A DNA stretch of 63,613 bases, filler included, from Vannella sp. (taxonomy: Eukaryota), in the NCBI GenBank assembly GCA_023345925.1. It is 8 parts of 8 records of this genome, joined end to end, with 100 filler letters (N's around TTAATTAATTAA, not from the genome) between each part and the next. Parts side by side here need not be neighbours in the genome. Positions count along the whole stretch, not along the records: positions 1 to 18,880 come from JAJQQN010000345.1; 7 more parts are not named here. The stretch is one strand, 5' to 3'. Below are positions 1 to 12,150 of this stretch, in pieces. Every line of letters begins with the position of its first letter. Position 1 is the stretch's first letter. The translations under genes were made by a program, and so were the position numbers. Below the pieces are notes generated by a model that was given only the letters and a program-made list of their open reading frames with translations, made no database searches and was not told where the DNA came from.

Positions 1-45
1 TGCCTAGTAAGCATGAGATCCCGGGTTCGATCCCCGGTGGAACCT
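1..45 (+). tRNA. tRNA-Thr(AGT), 5' part cut by window start
   Basis: Anticodon arm TGC-CTAGTAA-GCA (anticodon AGT), T-arm CCGGG-TTCGATC-CCCGG, acceptor 3' strand TGGAACC, then a T-run Pol III terminator. Confidence 0.85.
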
Positions 46-61
46 TCATTTTTCTGCTTAC

Positions 62-1976
62 ATGGTGATTGTGACAGTCGCTGGCGCTGAGATTTGGCTT
101 CGCTCGCTTGTTCTTGGGATTTTGGGGGTTGATAGTGAGAAAGAGGAAACCAGTGGGCGGTTGGAAGATCCTCCACACAAACTGCGCCGTCTCTCTTCTG
201 AGAGAAGACAAACGAGCGGCGAAGCCGCCTCAGAGATTGATCGAATCCGAGCAATTCTGACAACCTATGGGAAAGACCTCTGTGGTGAGTGTGTAGGAGG
301 GTCTCTGGCTGTGTGGTGACGAAAAGGACAGAACATAAGGGCATCACTCCTCGGCGATGGCTCCTTCTGGCACTCATTGTCGCACGTTCCTCTTTGTCAA
401 CAGGAGAATCCATGAAACACATCGACTACTCAGCCATTCGAGCCTCCAACAGGTGGCTTCCAAAGGGTAACGCGGTAGATGAGGCTCTTTTTGACCTCCT
501 TTTCAAACTTTCCACCTTTCATGAAGCCCTGGTGGCGTGGATTCACCATCCGAATGTTCAACAACTTGAACAGTCACTCTCAACCCTCGTAATGTGCCAG
601 ATTCCATCGGATCTTGCCCGTCCTCTGGTGCTACAAGCGTGCTTCCTTCTCGGAAGCGTCAAATTCGTCGATAGTGACTATGAAGGAGCCCTGCCATTGT
701 TTAGGAGATGCGTGAGAGCTCAATATTTGCTGGATTCTTCCGTCACTTTCTGTGTGGCGTGTTTGGTGCAATTGGTAAGAAGTGACTTGCTCCTATTCAA
801 TTGGACTCCCCTCATCGTGAGTGATAGGACCAACGGATGGAAGCTTTAGATGAACTGGAGCAGGTGAATGGATCTGGGAAACTCTCTTCGATACCCCTGC
901 TCTATAATATGGCAGTTCTGTACCGGAGAATGGGAGTGTTCGCCACTGAGATGGAAGTATATCACAACTTAGTGCCTTTAATCCAAGAGGTTGGCTCATT
1001 CTCATCCTCATCAGAACGGCTCTGACATGAAGAGTAGAAGGAAATAAGTCTTTTGGAAGCATCAGATCATCCCTCCAACTGCCATTTTCAAATCACTACG
1101 GGAAACTCTGAGCTCATCTCACACGAGCAACCGATAAGCTATCTATACTACCTTATCGCCACCGCAGCTCTGGAGTGTCGGGACTTCCCAAAAGCTGCGG
1201 CTGCGTTTTCACAGATTTTCTCGCAGACAGGAAGCTTGGACCTCCCACGAAATTTAGATGTTGTGCGAATGCACCATGAGTATGCCTTTGCTCTGCTTTC
1301 CTCTAGGAGATTCGAAATCTGCATTTCTGTCTGTAATCGGGTGCTGCAACTTGTTGTGGGAGACGCTCTTGCTCTCCTCTACAAAGCAGATGCTCTCTTG
1401 CAATTGAATCAGGTCCAAGAAGCTATCGAATGCCTGAGAGAAGGCTTACTCCAAGCTACAGATGCTGCAAAGATTGCAAGCGCGGACTGTCTTTATCAGA
1501 CTCTGGTGAATAATCTCGCCCTTTTGTTGGTCTGCAATGGGGATTGCAAACAGGCACAGGAAACATTATCTCCTTTCATCCAAGGCACTTCTGATAAGCA
1601 GTCTCCCTTGAAGGACTCATTGGGCCGGTGCTTAACATTTAATTATTGTGCCATTGCTGTGCAACGCAGCCAAGGAACTGAAGCATCCGCCTGTTGGTTC
1701 TCCGTCAATAAGATTCCATTGGACCAACCCAAGCACTTTTACCAATCCCTTCTGACTTCTCATCTCAAGTATGTTCGCCCTTTGCATTCTCACCGAAACA
1801 GAAACCCACAAATGCATAGATATCGAATGGGAGGAATCTGGCGAGAGGGACAGCGAGCTTGTGAGCCTTCTCTATTTCAAGAGAGCCTAATGACAGAGAT
1901 TTGCCTTCGCCACTGGTTGTCTTTGCCTTCAAATCAAGCTGAGCTTGCCGCTAAACAATGGAATATCCTCCGCTAA
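62..1976 (+). CDS. Multi-exon TPR-repeat protein, function unknown
   Basis: ORFs 62-319, 289-849, 837-1025 and 1053-1976 are linked by short GT-AG introns. TPR-like helices are present (ALLYKADALLQLNQVQEAIECL, LLYNMAVLY). Exact exon boundaries are not all resolved. Confidence 0.6.
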
Positions 1977-2052
1977 GACTGCGCCTAATAGGTGCCTGAG
2001 ACTTAAAGGGAAGTTTTTCTATTTGCTGTGGCTGTTCTAGTTTGTAGTTTGT

Positions 2053-4386
2053 TTAGGCCAAGTAATGATATACTTGCGCCTTCTCTTCATCTCTTTCAAG
2101 GTACTCCCGCTCAATTAGAGACTCAATGCGCTTTTTGATGTCGATGGGTTCCACTGGGAAGCGAAGTTGGTTGTAAAGTTCGGTAATAAGGAGAGGGTGA
2201 CTGAGAGATTTTCGGGTCTTCATGACTCGCACAATTGCAGCATCAATCTGGTACTGGCGCTCCAGGAAAACACCCTCCTTGATGTCTCTCTTCTCTTCTT
2301 CACTCTCTTTCATCTGCACTTGATTGATTTGAAGCCTATTGAGCTTGTTCTTGAAGACCTTGTTAAAGTAGAAGACAGAGTCCTCTGTAACAGTAGGTCC
2401 TTTTGGTGTCTTCACTAACAGCCTGACTTTGCCAGCAAAGAGGGGCAGCAATGTAGATTTGAGTTCATTCTCACCTATTCAAAGTTAGTCTATGTGGTGA
2501 AGAGAGAAGCAGACGCTAAACCCACTCAATTGTGTGGCTTCCTTAATTTGGGAATAAGAAAGCTTGCTTGCAGTGTTAAAGAGAAGCATGACAACCGCCT
2601 GTGCCAGAGACATTGTAATTGATTTCATCCCGGAATCAAAAAGGGAGGCGACAACACAGTGGCCCATTGAATTCTGCCAAGCGAGCTTGCGCCCGTTATA
2701 CTTGGCCTTATAGAAGGTCTCATAGAGAGACTGCCCCTCTGCAAAGCAAGCAGGTAAACTGAATTCCATCGGTGAGAATGGCGGCCAAGTTCCCATTGTC
2801 AGCGCATGCACTGAGATATCGATGGGATACTTGACTGTGTCTTGCTGGCGGAACTCTGCCATAATTTCCCGAGAGATGTTCATATCAGAGAACATTCCTT
2901 CCAACTTTGAAGTGAATACAGATCCACATTCTGATAATATGAGAAACAGTCGTGCGAGTGAACTCGGAGCACGCTTTACCTTGCTTGAGCTTTTGAATCA
3001 TTGTTTTCTCTAGTTCTTCATTGACCATCTTCCCAATGAGCAATCTTTTGGCCAATCCCTTTCGATAGAAGGCTTGGAAGACGTCTTTGCCGTTCATGAA
3101 GCGGAAGAGCACCATCACATTGTCCAATTTTCCTTCCAACTCCTCCTCTGAGAAGCCCTGTCGATTGAGATAAGACAAACGCAATGTCAATGATGTCTAA
3201 GCTTAATCACCTTTCCTCCAGCTCTAAGAATTGTGTTGACGAACTTGGAGAGAAGCTCAGCTGGGGCATTCTGCCGTTTGTTGATTCCCACCTTGAAAGC
3301 GTCCCTCGTTGTTTCAAAGAGAGACTCATCCTTCTGGAAACAGAGCTCCCATATTGAATCGAGTCCCTCTTTGAGTTTGATGAGCTCTTCAATCATTGTG
3401 TCATCCTTGTCCTCGTGAGTGACAAAGCCAACGACAGCCTTGTTGACGTAAGAGTTAAGGAAGCTCCGCATGTCCCCAAGGCAGTTGACTCGCTTCAATA
3501 AAATGAACAAGCGAGTCAGCTCCTCCCTCTTGTCTCCCTCCAGCAGGTCAAAGAAGCCTTTGTCCAGAATGTCACAGGAATGTACCTGTGTCAGCTCCAC
3601 CTCAACGACTGCCACAATCTTGTTCAATGCTGAAGGATAGAACTGTAGCGCTCTCTCTTGCTCCTGCTTGAGCCGCGTCTCAGCGTATTGAAGATAATAC
3701 GGAAGAGAGTTCTCGTCGAGCTTCCGTTTACTCTCTGCTTGATAATAGGAGGCAGTCCTTTCGATTAGTGTAGGTTCTACTTCTTCTGTGTACATGCGGA
3801 GAGACGCAAACATGCGGAAGAGGCTTTGCACTTGAGAGCGTGGGATAGTCTCGCCATCCCTGTCTCGGTCAACCATCAGGAAGAGTCCATCCAGTAGCTT
3901 CTTACAAAGAGCACCACTTCCTATCACCTCCGCTTTGAACAGTTCGCAGCCCATCTCCCAAAGCGAGCGCTCTGCCGTCTGAAAGACGTACGTCCGGTCT
4001 AGATGAAGGAAGATATCACGTACCATCTTCACTTGATAGCAGTGAGCTTCCCATGCCTCATTCGTGCTCGCCAGTAAGTCAGAGGAGCTCCCGGATAGCC
4101 CATTGTTAAGAACCTCCCCTGTTCCCTTGAGGAAGCTGTGATAGAGCAGATACAGCTGCTTGTAGGTAGTCTCAGCGAACTTGTGCAAGCAAAGGTCTTT
4201 GACAAGGTTATAGAGCGTCTCCATGCTGTCAGAAACGGGAGTGGAGTCGTGGATGGCTTCCACCGCGTGTCGCAACTTCTCCCACGATCTCTCCTGAAAG
4301 TCCACCGGAAGTTGAGGTACCACTGACAAGCTCTGGATCACCAAGCGCTTCTTCGCTTGCGGTTGAACCACTTTGCGGCACATCAT
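2053..4386 (-). CDS. CUL4: Cullin-4
   Basis: Motifs IFLHLDRTYV, KDVFQAFYRKGLAKRLL and the neddylation domain RQYQIDAAIVRVMKTRK...KKRIESLIEREYLERD...YHYLA. Three short introns, e.g. ~2475-2525 GTGGGT..CTAAC..TAG. Confidence 0.95.
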
Positions 4387-4952
4387 GATGACCGACGCCC
4401 CTTGAAAATGGCTCAAAAGATCATTTAATTCTATTTTTACAACGATGTGAGCCTTTGTCCTCATTTTGAAGCCTCTTCTCGACTCGCAAATGCCATCATT
4501 TCCTGCTCCTTTGTCAAAGTGTTTTTCATATGACAAAGGGGGACTCAGAAGCAGCGAAACTCTTCTCATCGAGAATCTCTCTGTTTTAGGTGCGTCCGTC
4601 GGTCGGGAATGGGATGTTCTTGATGGCAGACTTTGTGTGAGACTAATTGCAAGAACAAAGCAAACTGCAACTCGTAGATCTCGCGGGTATTTACAGGGTG
4701 CTATGAATTGCCCTTAGTGGAGTCATCAATGAATCTGCAATGATATCTTTGGATTGTGGGTTGAGAGATTTCAGGGCGTCCGCTTGAAGAGGAAGTTCAA
4801 CTCCATAGAGTCGTAATTGAGAGTGACTAAGTAGGCACCAAAGGCTTCCTTTCCTAAAATGAGACTTCATGCGTTCGGTCGCCTGGGGCGAAGGCGAAGA
4901 TATTTGTGAGATATTTTGAGCTTCTATTCTTGGGGCCTGTTTGGAGAGAGAC

Positions 4953-5527
4953 ATGCAAGCGGAGGTGGTGGAGGCCATTGTCAGCCAACTTGAGGAGGTG
5001 AGTATGAGCTTGGGATGGTTTGCCAAGGGCTTACTGGTGAACGGGAAAAGGAGGCACAAGAAACTTCTCAAGTGATTTCTCGGCTCCGCCAAGAAGTGGG
5101 CGAGCTGAAGAGAAGGGCTTCTGATGCAGGTCAAACTCATGAAGAGGGTGGGGCCCACAACGTAGTGTGCATTGGGCCAGTGTCCTTCTAACGAGCCAAC
5201 GATAGACATGCAAAAACTCTTGAACATTGTGCACTTGATGCAGAAGACTGAATCCCTCGAACTTCATTGGAAGGAGCAACTGAATTCCCTCCAAGTAAGA
5301 TACGAAGAAGCACAAGCCACCATCCTCTCCCTTCGCCAGGTACTTGCCAACCACGAAGATGGTCACTCCTATGCATTCCCTCTAACATCAATCCCCAGGA
5401 ATCTCACAAGGACAAGAGTTTGATAGCTACCTTGCGCAAACAACTTGACGGTGAAGTCGACATCATTTGCCGCCAACTTCTCCATGAATCAGAGGATTCA
5501 AGCAATAAGGGGAGTCCTTGGGAATAG
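4953..5527 (+). CDS. Small coiled-coil protein (4 exons)
   Basis: Spliced MQAEVVEAIVSQLEE|EAQETSQVISRLRQEVGELKR...|DMQKLLNIVHL...LRQ|ESHKDKSLIATLRKQLDGEV... with canonical introns and a heptad pattern. Confidence 0.55.
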
Positions 5528-5560
5528 ATTTGAATTATAAACAAGTCATTTGCATTTGAT

Positions 5561-6596
5561 ATGAGCGGGAGGCGATCTGGGCGCCAACCTAAGCCCACAA
5601 AGCGGGTCGTTCACTACAGTAGTGAAGATGAGGACGAACAGGAAGAGATTGTGACTTCTCCTTCTGTGAGCGTATCAAAGGATTCAGGTTTACCGCGGAG
5701 GGTGAAGGAGAACAGAAGCACAGAGACTAAGATCCACCTCATTCTACATCCACTGGATCCTCTCGAGATTGCTACTGTTCAGAAGCCTAATAGTCCCCTC
5801 TTGGGAAAGCGCTCTCGTGTCGATACACCGGCCCCTCCACCTCAGGAACCGTCGCCATCCATTCCCGATGAGGACGAGGAAATGGATGACCTGGAGGATC
5901 AGGAGGACAACGCTGAGGGAGCTGAAGCCAGTGATGAGGAGGAAGATGAGGAAGGACTCTCCTCTGACGAGGAACTCAAAGCCGCAAAGAACAAGAAGAT
6001 GACCCAACGTCAGCGCGCCATGGCCACTGGGGAAGAGCAACCAGGGCTCTTCGCGCTCGCAATGGAAAGCGAACGAAAGCCAATGACAGAGCACGAGAAG
6101 AACCGCAAGTCAGAAGCGTCTCGTCGACGAAAACGACAAGCAGAGAGGCAAATCGAAGAACAAAAGGTTGGTGGCTCCATCTAGCAACCTCCGCACTCAC
6201 ATCCTCCCTTTCGTAGCGTGCAGTGATCGAAAAGCTCATAAACAAGACGAAGAAGACCAGGAACAAAGACGACGATGCCCAAACGCTCCAAGCACTCGTT
6301 CGACAGTCTCTTGATGGAAACATCTGCTTGCGCACACGCCAGAAGATCGACGCTGATGAAGTCATCAAAAGCCTGCTGATCCTCCCTGCGGCCCATCCTG
6401 CAGACTCTCTCTTGCCCCAACAGTGAGTCCAGCTCTCTTTGTCACCTCGACTAACCAGAGAGACAGCACCCCTTCAATCCACAAGCCCACTCTTTGCAGT
6501 GCTCGAGGATGCTCAAACCCAAAGAGATACAACTGCTCCAAGACGCGTCAACCCCTATGTAGCCTCTCTTGCTACCAGTCCCTTCAAAAGGCGTGA
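5561..6596 (+). CDS. INO80B: INO80 complex subunit B / Ies2 (PAPA-1 region + zf-HIT)
   Basis: Acidic tract, MTQRQRA, EASRRRKRQAERQIEEQK..VIEKLI. The last exon encodes the HIT zinc finger CSARGCSNPKRYNCSKTRQPLCSLSCY. Confidence 0.85.
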
Positions 6597-6617
6597 ATAG
6601 ACGGATGCATTGGACTC

Positions 6618-8121
6618 TTAGAACTGTCCCCGAAGTGAAGGTAGCGCCTGCTTCTGCTGTTGAAGGAGCCTCTGCGTTTCGTTCAACTTTGACTCCAGTA
6701 GAGAGCTCCGTTGCTCGATCTCTAGAAGGGCGGACAGATGTGTGTTGAGGACGTCCTCGATCTCGGACATGCGATCCTTTGGCTCATCAGACTCTTCCTG
6801 AGATCTTTGGTCATTGAGGGAGTTGACGAGACCACGTATGTTGTCGTCCATTGTGTTGAGCTGGGCATTGATGTCTTCAGCGCGTTGATACGCTTGCTCT
6901 CGCTGAGCCTCTGCAGAACGTCCACTGTTTCTAGCCCCGTTGTTAGGTTGAGCAAACACTGAAGACTTCTCCTTACTCAGGGGCACTGAAGTACTCTGTT
7001 ATCTTCTTCTCCAAGTCAGTAAGGGTGGCATTCACCTCATTCTGTTGCGCTTCGACGCGGTCAAGCTCTACGTCCAGTTCCGTTTGCAGTTGCTCCGCCT
7101 TATCAGCGTTCTCGTAAAGCGCAAAGAGTTTGTTGCTGTTCGTTAGCAGCTGCCACTCCCAATCAGCGAGCTCTGTGGCCTGTTGAGTGAACTTCTTGAC
7201 TTGATCGTGCATTTGCGAGTACCATTTGCCAACGATCTCTTCCATCTCCTTGTTCTTCAACTTTGACTTTGCAAGAGTCTCAGAAGAGGAGGTGCTAGTC
7301 ACTGGTGCGGCTCCTGAGGTAAAGGAGAACCCTCCCCCAGTTGCTCCACTGGTCGCACTTGAGCTAGTGTCATTCTTTGTTGTGGAAGGACTGCTGAACG
7401 CGAAGCTGGCTGCAGGTTTAGCAAGCGAAGTGGCCCCTCCTGAGGTCCCAAAGCTGAGCCCAGACTCAGAGGAAGTTCCCGATGAAGTAGAACCAAATGA
7501 GAAGCCACCACTAGTGGCTGCAGGGGCAGTTGTAGTTGTGCTTGCCGAGGGAGCACCTAGTGAGAAGCCACTAGTGGCTGCTGCGGGAGTCGTGGTTGTA
7601 CTTGACGAAGGAGCGCCAAAGGAGAAGCCCCCAGTAGATGCTGTGGGAGTAGCAGTTGATCCTGCCGAGGGAGCACCTAGCGAGAAGCCACTAGTGGATG
7701 CTGCGGGGGTCGCAGTTGTTCCTGACGCAGAAGATCCAAACGAGAGGCCACCAGTAGATGCTGTGGGAGTAACAGTTGATCCTGACGAAGGAGTACCAAA
7801 GGAGAAGCCACTGGTGGATGCCGCGGGAGCGCCTAATGAGAAGCCACTAGAAGCTGCCGTGGGAGTTGCACTTGTGCTTGACGAAGGAGTACCAAAGGAG
7901 AAGCCACTAGTGGCTGTTGTGGGAGTTGCGCTTGTCGAGGGAGCACCAAAGGAGAAGCCACCAGTGGCCACTGCGGGAGTTGCAGCTGTACTTGACGAAG
8001 GAGCACCAAAGGAGAAGCCACCAGTGGGTGCACTCCCTGTATTCCCACCTCCAAACATTGAAGGCGCAGTCTGAGAAGAACCGAACGTAAAGCCGGGTTT
8101 GGCGTCACCCCCTCCAAACAT
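6618..8121 (-). CDS. NUP62: FG nucleoporin Nup62/Nsp1
   Basis: GFSFG repeats followed by the Nsp1_C coiled coil (LKNKEMEEIVGKW...FTQQATELADWEWQL...QREQAYQRAEDI...VLNTHLSALLEIE). One intron near 6976. Confidence 0.9.
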
Positions 8122-8192
8122 CAAAGAAATGATCAATTTATTGCGAAAGCCAGAACATAATGATTCCGAAAAAGGACTCATTTCACCTTCTC
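8122..8192. promoter_or_regulatory. Putative bidirectional promoter between NUP62 and the PABP-like gene
   Basis: Only 71 bp separate the two divergent ATGs (8121 on -, 8193 on +). Confidence 0.5.
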
Positions 8193-9953
8193 ATGGCGGC
8201 GATGTCGAGCGCATCTGTCCACGTCTCTGATTTGTCTCCACAAGTGACGGAGAGCACGCTAGTCGATTTCTTTCGTGGGCGATTGGGGGAGGGAACGGTT
8301 TCTTCTGTTCATGTTTGTCGTTCGTCACAAACAGGCGAGTCCCTGGGCTATGCTTACGTCAACTTCTCTTCCCCGGAAGCAGGTTCGGGGTCCCGTGGAA
8401 CCTGGGGTCTTTTGCTCATCTATACTAGCTACTGAGGCCATTCTACTCAGCTTAGAGAAGATAGACGGTCGCCCATGCCGCGTTAGCCGGATCCAGAAGG
8501 ATCTCGGAAAGAAGGAAGGGAACCTCTTCGTCAAAGGCCTGACTCCAGACATCGATCACGTCACATTGGGAGATCTGTTTGGTAACTTTGGACCTATTCT
8601 ATCTGTGAAGGTAGCTTTGAACCCCAAGGGAGAGTCAAGGGGCTATGGATTCGTCCAGTTCGAAGATCCTGCGGATGCATCCAGAGCAAGAGAGGCTCTG
8701 GATGGCAAGATCGTCAATCAGAAGGAGATGTAAGACGTTTTCTTGCTTCTTGTTGTCTATGAGCTGATGGATTCCTTCTCCATAGCGAGGTCAAGCCTTT
8801 CCTATCCACCGAGCAGCGCGAATCACTCGAATCTGACGACAGCAAGTTCTCCAACATCTTCTTGAAGGGCGTGAACCTTGATCTGAGCCAAGAAGAGTTT
8901 GGAGTACTAGTTACTGCTGCAACAGAGGACATTGGGAGGATCACCAGCCTGTTTTTGAAGACTACAGAGCAAGAGATCGATGGAGAACGGGTTACAGCAA
9001 GCCTTGGCAACGGATTTGTCAACTTTGAGACTCATACTAGCGCTGTTCTTGCCATAGAACGTCTCAACAATGCTGATCTGGTGAAGCAGCTGGCTCCAGA
9101 ACTCCCTCAGCCCGGAAAGGTTCTCTGTGCGACGCAAGCAGTGAGCAAAAGCAAGCGCAAGAAGGAAGGGAATGACGCTCGAAACCTTTACGTGAAGAAC
9201 ATTGCAGAGACTGTGACAGAGGAGCGGTTACGAGAGGCTTTTAGTGCATTCGGGAACATAACCTCCTTGAAGATTGCGCTAAACGACGCTGGCGTGAGTC
9301 GGGGCTTTGGTTTTATAAGCTTTCAGACGCTTGCTGAAGGTCGCAATGCTATCACGATGGGTCACAACATGGTACTTGAAGGGAAGAGCTTGTACGTGGC
9401 CTTTCATCAACCAAAGGAGACTCGCCAGCAGCAACTCAAACAGCACTTCCAGAGGACTCCTACAAACGGACCACGCGGTACACCGATGCTTCCAATGCGA
9501 GTCCCAATGCCAGCACCGATTCCTGTGCCAAACGGCCCGAGCGGGATTCCCCCAACTGGAGCACCGAGTTACCCAGCCTTCTTTGGAGTTGTACCGCCCT
9601 ATGCTCCTATGTATGGGCCAGGACAGATGCAGATGCCAATGGCAATGCGTGGGGAAGGTTCTGGCCCTGCAGATGGGAACCTCAGCTTTTTCGCCCAACC
9701 TTCGTTCCCTCCTATGTTCACACAGGGGAGCGCACCCAGACCTGGTGAAGTACCTGTTGAAGGTCATCCTGCTTTCTCTGGGGCACCACCGCCCTTCACT
9801 CCAATGTACATGCAAGGACTGCCCCCTTACGGCTTCCCCATGGGTGAAATGCTGCCTTGGGGCTTCCCTCCAGGCCCTTGGACCCAGCCCAACTACCCAC
9901 CTTTTGGGTATCCTCCACAAGAACCTCTCCAAGGGCTCCCTCCCAACCAATAG
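8193..9953 (+). CDS. Polyadenylate-binding-protein-like (4 RRMs + Pro-rich tail)
   Basis: RRM motifs [52 protein letters not shown]. Two introns near 8382 and 8730. Confidence 0.8.
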
Positions 9954-9996
9954 CTTGAGTAAAGCACTTTCTGATCGACCGTCGGGCTGGGTGGCG

Positions 9997-11551
9997 ATGC
10001 CGTTCTGTCCCAGCGCTTCCTGTGATGGACATGAGCGCATATCAAAGCCGCTGCTAGAGAGGTACAATAGGGAGGATGTAGATCGGGCTCTCAGAGGCAG
10101 CCAGGAGTTCCCTTCTCCCTCTGGGCCTTGGGAAGAGTGCTGTCTCTTGCACTGGTTGGTTCCCTCGTTCCACGCGGACTTAAGCTGATAGATAGTACAG
10201 TCCCCATTGTAATGTGCAGGTGTTCCCTTGCGAGAACTGCTTCGCTCTAGTGGAAGACACGAGCGGGGGGTTGCCCTTGGATATTGCAGCTTGGGTAGCT
10301 TGTAGAGTCTGTGGGTTCATCAACTGCTTCTCACTACCTCTAAGAGAGGCTCTAGGCAAGCCATTCCCCCTATCTCCTGTCCCATACGCGCTGGTCGTAA
10401 GTCAAGTCAGGTGGTGGAAGAAGTATTGACGAAAGAGTCAATGCAGCGGCTCTTGCAGAGGTCAATAGACGAGAAGGCGTACTCCTCGTTCTTAGAGGGT
10501 CATTACCGAGCCTTCCAGGACGGTGACCGCTTCACTGTTCCAGAAATTGTCTCACAAATACTCCATTCTGATCCCAGCAGCGGTGAGACTCAGGCCAAGC
10601 TCCAGATAACAAGCTAACTGGCAGATACGATCAAGGACAGAGCGTTTCCGTGGATTTTGAGCTCTCTACTCCCCGGCAGCCGGCGACTCACACTCGATTG
10701 GGAGAACCGTTCCTAATGAATGCTGACATCCCAAAGGACTGGGTGGAATCTCCTATAAGGTTCAATACCTATGCGCATTCGCCAAGGGAAGACGTCTTGA
10801 ATGAGTCTTTTGACTTAGCGGATGAACATTCTCACTCAAACACTTCCTTGGATGATGAGCAGCAGGCAACACATCGCCGACACTATGATGTTTGGAATAA
10901 CTCTCAAACCAGAAGGCAAGTGTACTCACTGAGACCGTCAACTAACCAGAAAACAGCGAGGATATGGCCAAATTAGATTCCATCCAAAATCGAAATTTGC
11001 CTTTATTCAGTCCTGCCCACTTACGAATGCTTCGGTCCTTGTATGAAAGCGATTCGAAAGAGGAACACTTCTTGCTGATCCAGGCGGAGGAGTTTATGAG
11101 GAGTCGAGTTTACCTTATCAAGTTGAAGGCAGAAATGACTAAGGCCAGAGAATCTCATAATCGTGCTGCCCAGATGAAAGTAGGCTGCCATGAAGATCAG
11201 ATATCCCTTGGCATCATGTCGAGGGTTTCTGGCGCCAAGGGTGAGAGAGAGCCTCTCACGGCCCACCAAATAACGATGAATCTTCTTCTGCATCGATGCT
11301 TGAGACTGCGCCACATCCTTCTATTTCACTCCGAGAAGTACGTGAGACTTCTTGAATCTATCAACAACGTTCTCTCGTCCCTCTACCAGTCCTTACACTC
11401 AGCAATCCTCCATCCAGAGCTGTTGCCACTATCCAAGTGCGTTCAAGTCATCTTCCCAAGTGTCTTGACTGACCTCACATTAGCACGGAATCAGGCTCTG
11501 ACGAACATGAATCACGCGAATATCATTTTTCGATGCTACAACAGCAGTTGA
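9997..11551 (+). CDS. Hypothetical multi-exon protein with Cys pairs (CENC...CRVC)
   Basis: Successive coding-like ORFs (10214, 10411, 10650, 10964) are separated by intron-sized gaps. The splice model is uncertain. Confidence 0.4.
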
Positions 11552-11726
11552 CATTGTGGAGGTTTCTTTTCCGATCGATTTCCCTCTTGGTCACGTGACA
11601 GCGCCCAGAGTGGCTGGGCGATTTTGATAGTATAATAGCCATTATAGAATTATAAATGAATGGTTTTAGCGGGTTTGGCTGATTCTGTTAGAAGCCATTC
11701 TTTTCACGCCTTGCCCGACCGAAAGG

Positions 11727-11991
11727 ATGGCTAAGAAGGAGGTCGAGGCGAAGACGAACGAGGAGCTTGAGGCACGGGGAGAGGAGATCCTCTCTGAATC
11801 CGATCATATCCGCTCAAGGAATCGGAAGGTGCGCTTCGGGCTTGTGGACAAGAGGGAAGGTGGCCACTGCGCGAACTGACACCTCTTCTTTCCAGATCTG
11901 CATCATATTGATGTTTGTCCTGTGCTTCATTGTCATCAGCATCTGCGCCATCATCGGGGTCGCCGTTGGATTAGGAATTGGCTTCTCATAA
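11727..11991 (+). CDS. 65-aa tail-anchored membrane microprotein
   Basis: MAKKEVEAKTNEELEARGEEILSESDHIRSRNRK, intron 11829-11895 (GT..CTGAC..CAG), then ICIILMFVLCFIVISICAIIGVAVGLGIGFS*. Confidence 0.6.
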
Positions 11992-12150
11992 GATCCAACT
12001 TTAGGCTAATAATATTTTCTCTTTTTACCTGAAATGGCCCGATTGCAGTTTCTGGACCTGGTGAAGTGTTGGTGAACTGTGTCGGTGATAATTACGCGCT
12101 TATTGGTGCGTAGTGGGGTTTGTCGTTCATTCTCACTCTGGCTCATTCTG

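Noticed and set aside
7500..8030. ~60-nt periodic GAGAAGCCAC repeats resembling a CRISPR array
   Set aside because: They encode Nup62 GFSFG repeats. The context is eukaryotic and there are no cas genes.
7226..8074. 282-aa repetitive ORF on + (also 34514-35494 on - and the short + ORFs at 41096-42442)
   Set aside because: Antisense shadows of the FG-repeat and Ser/Thr-rich coding sequences.
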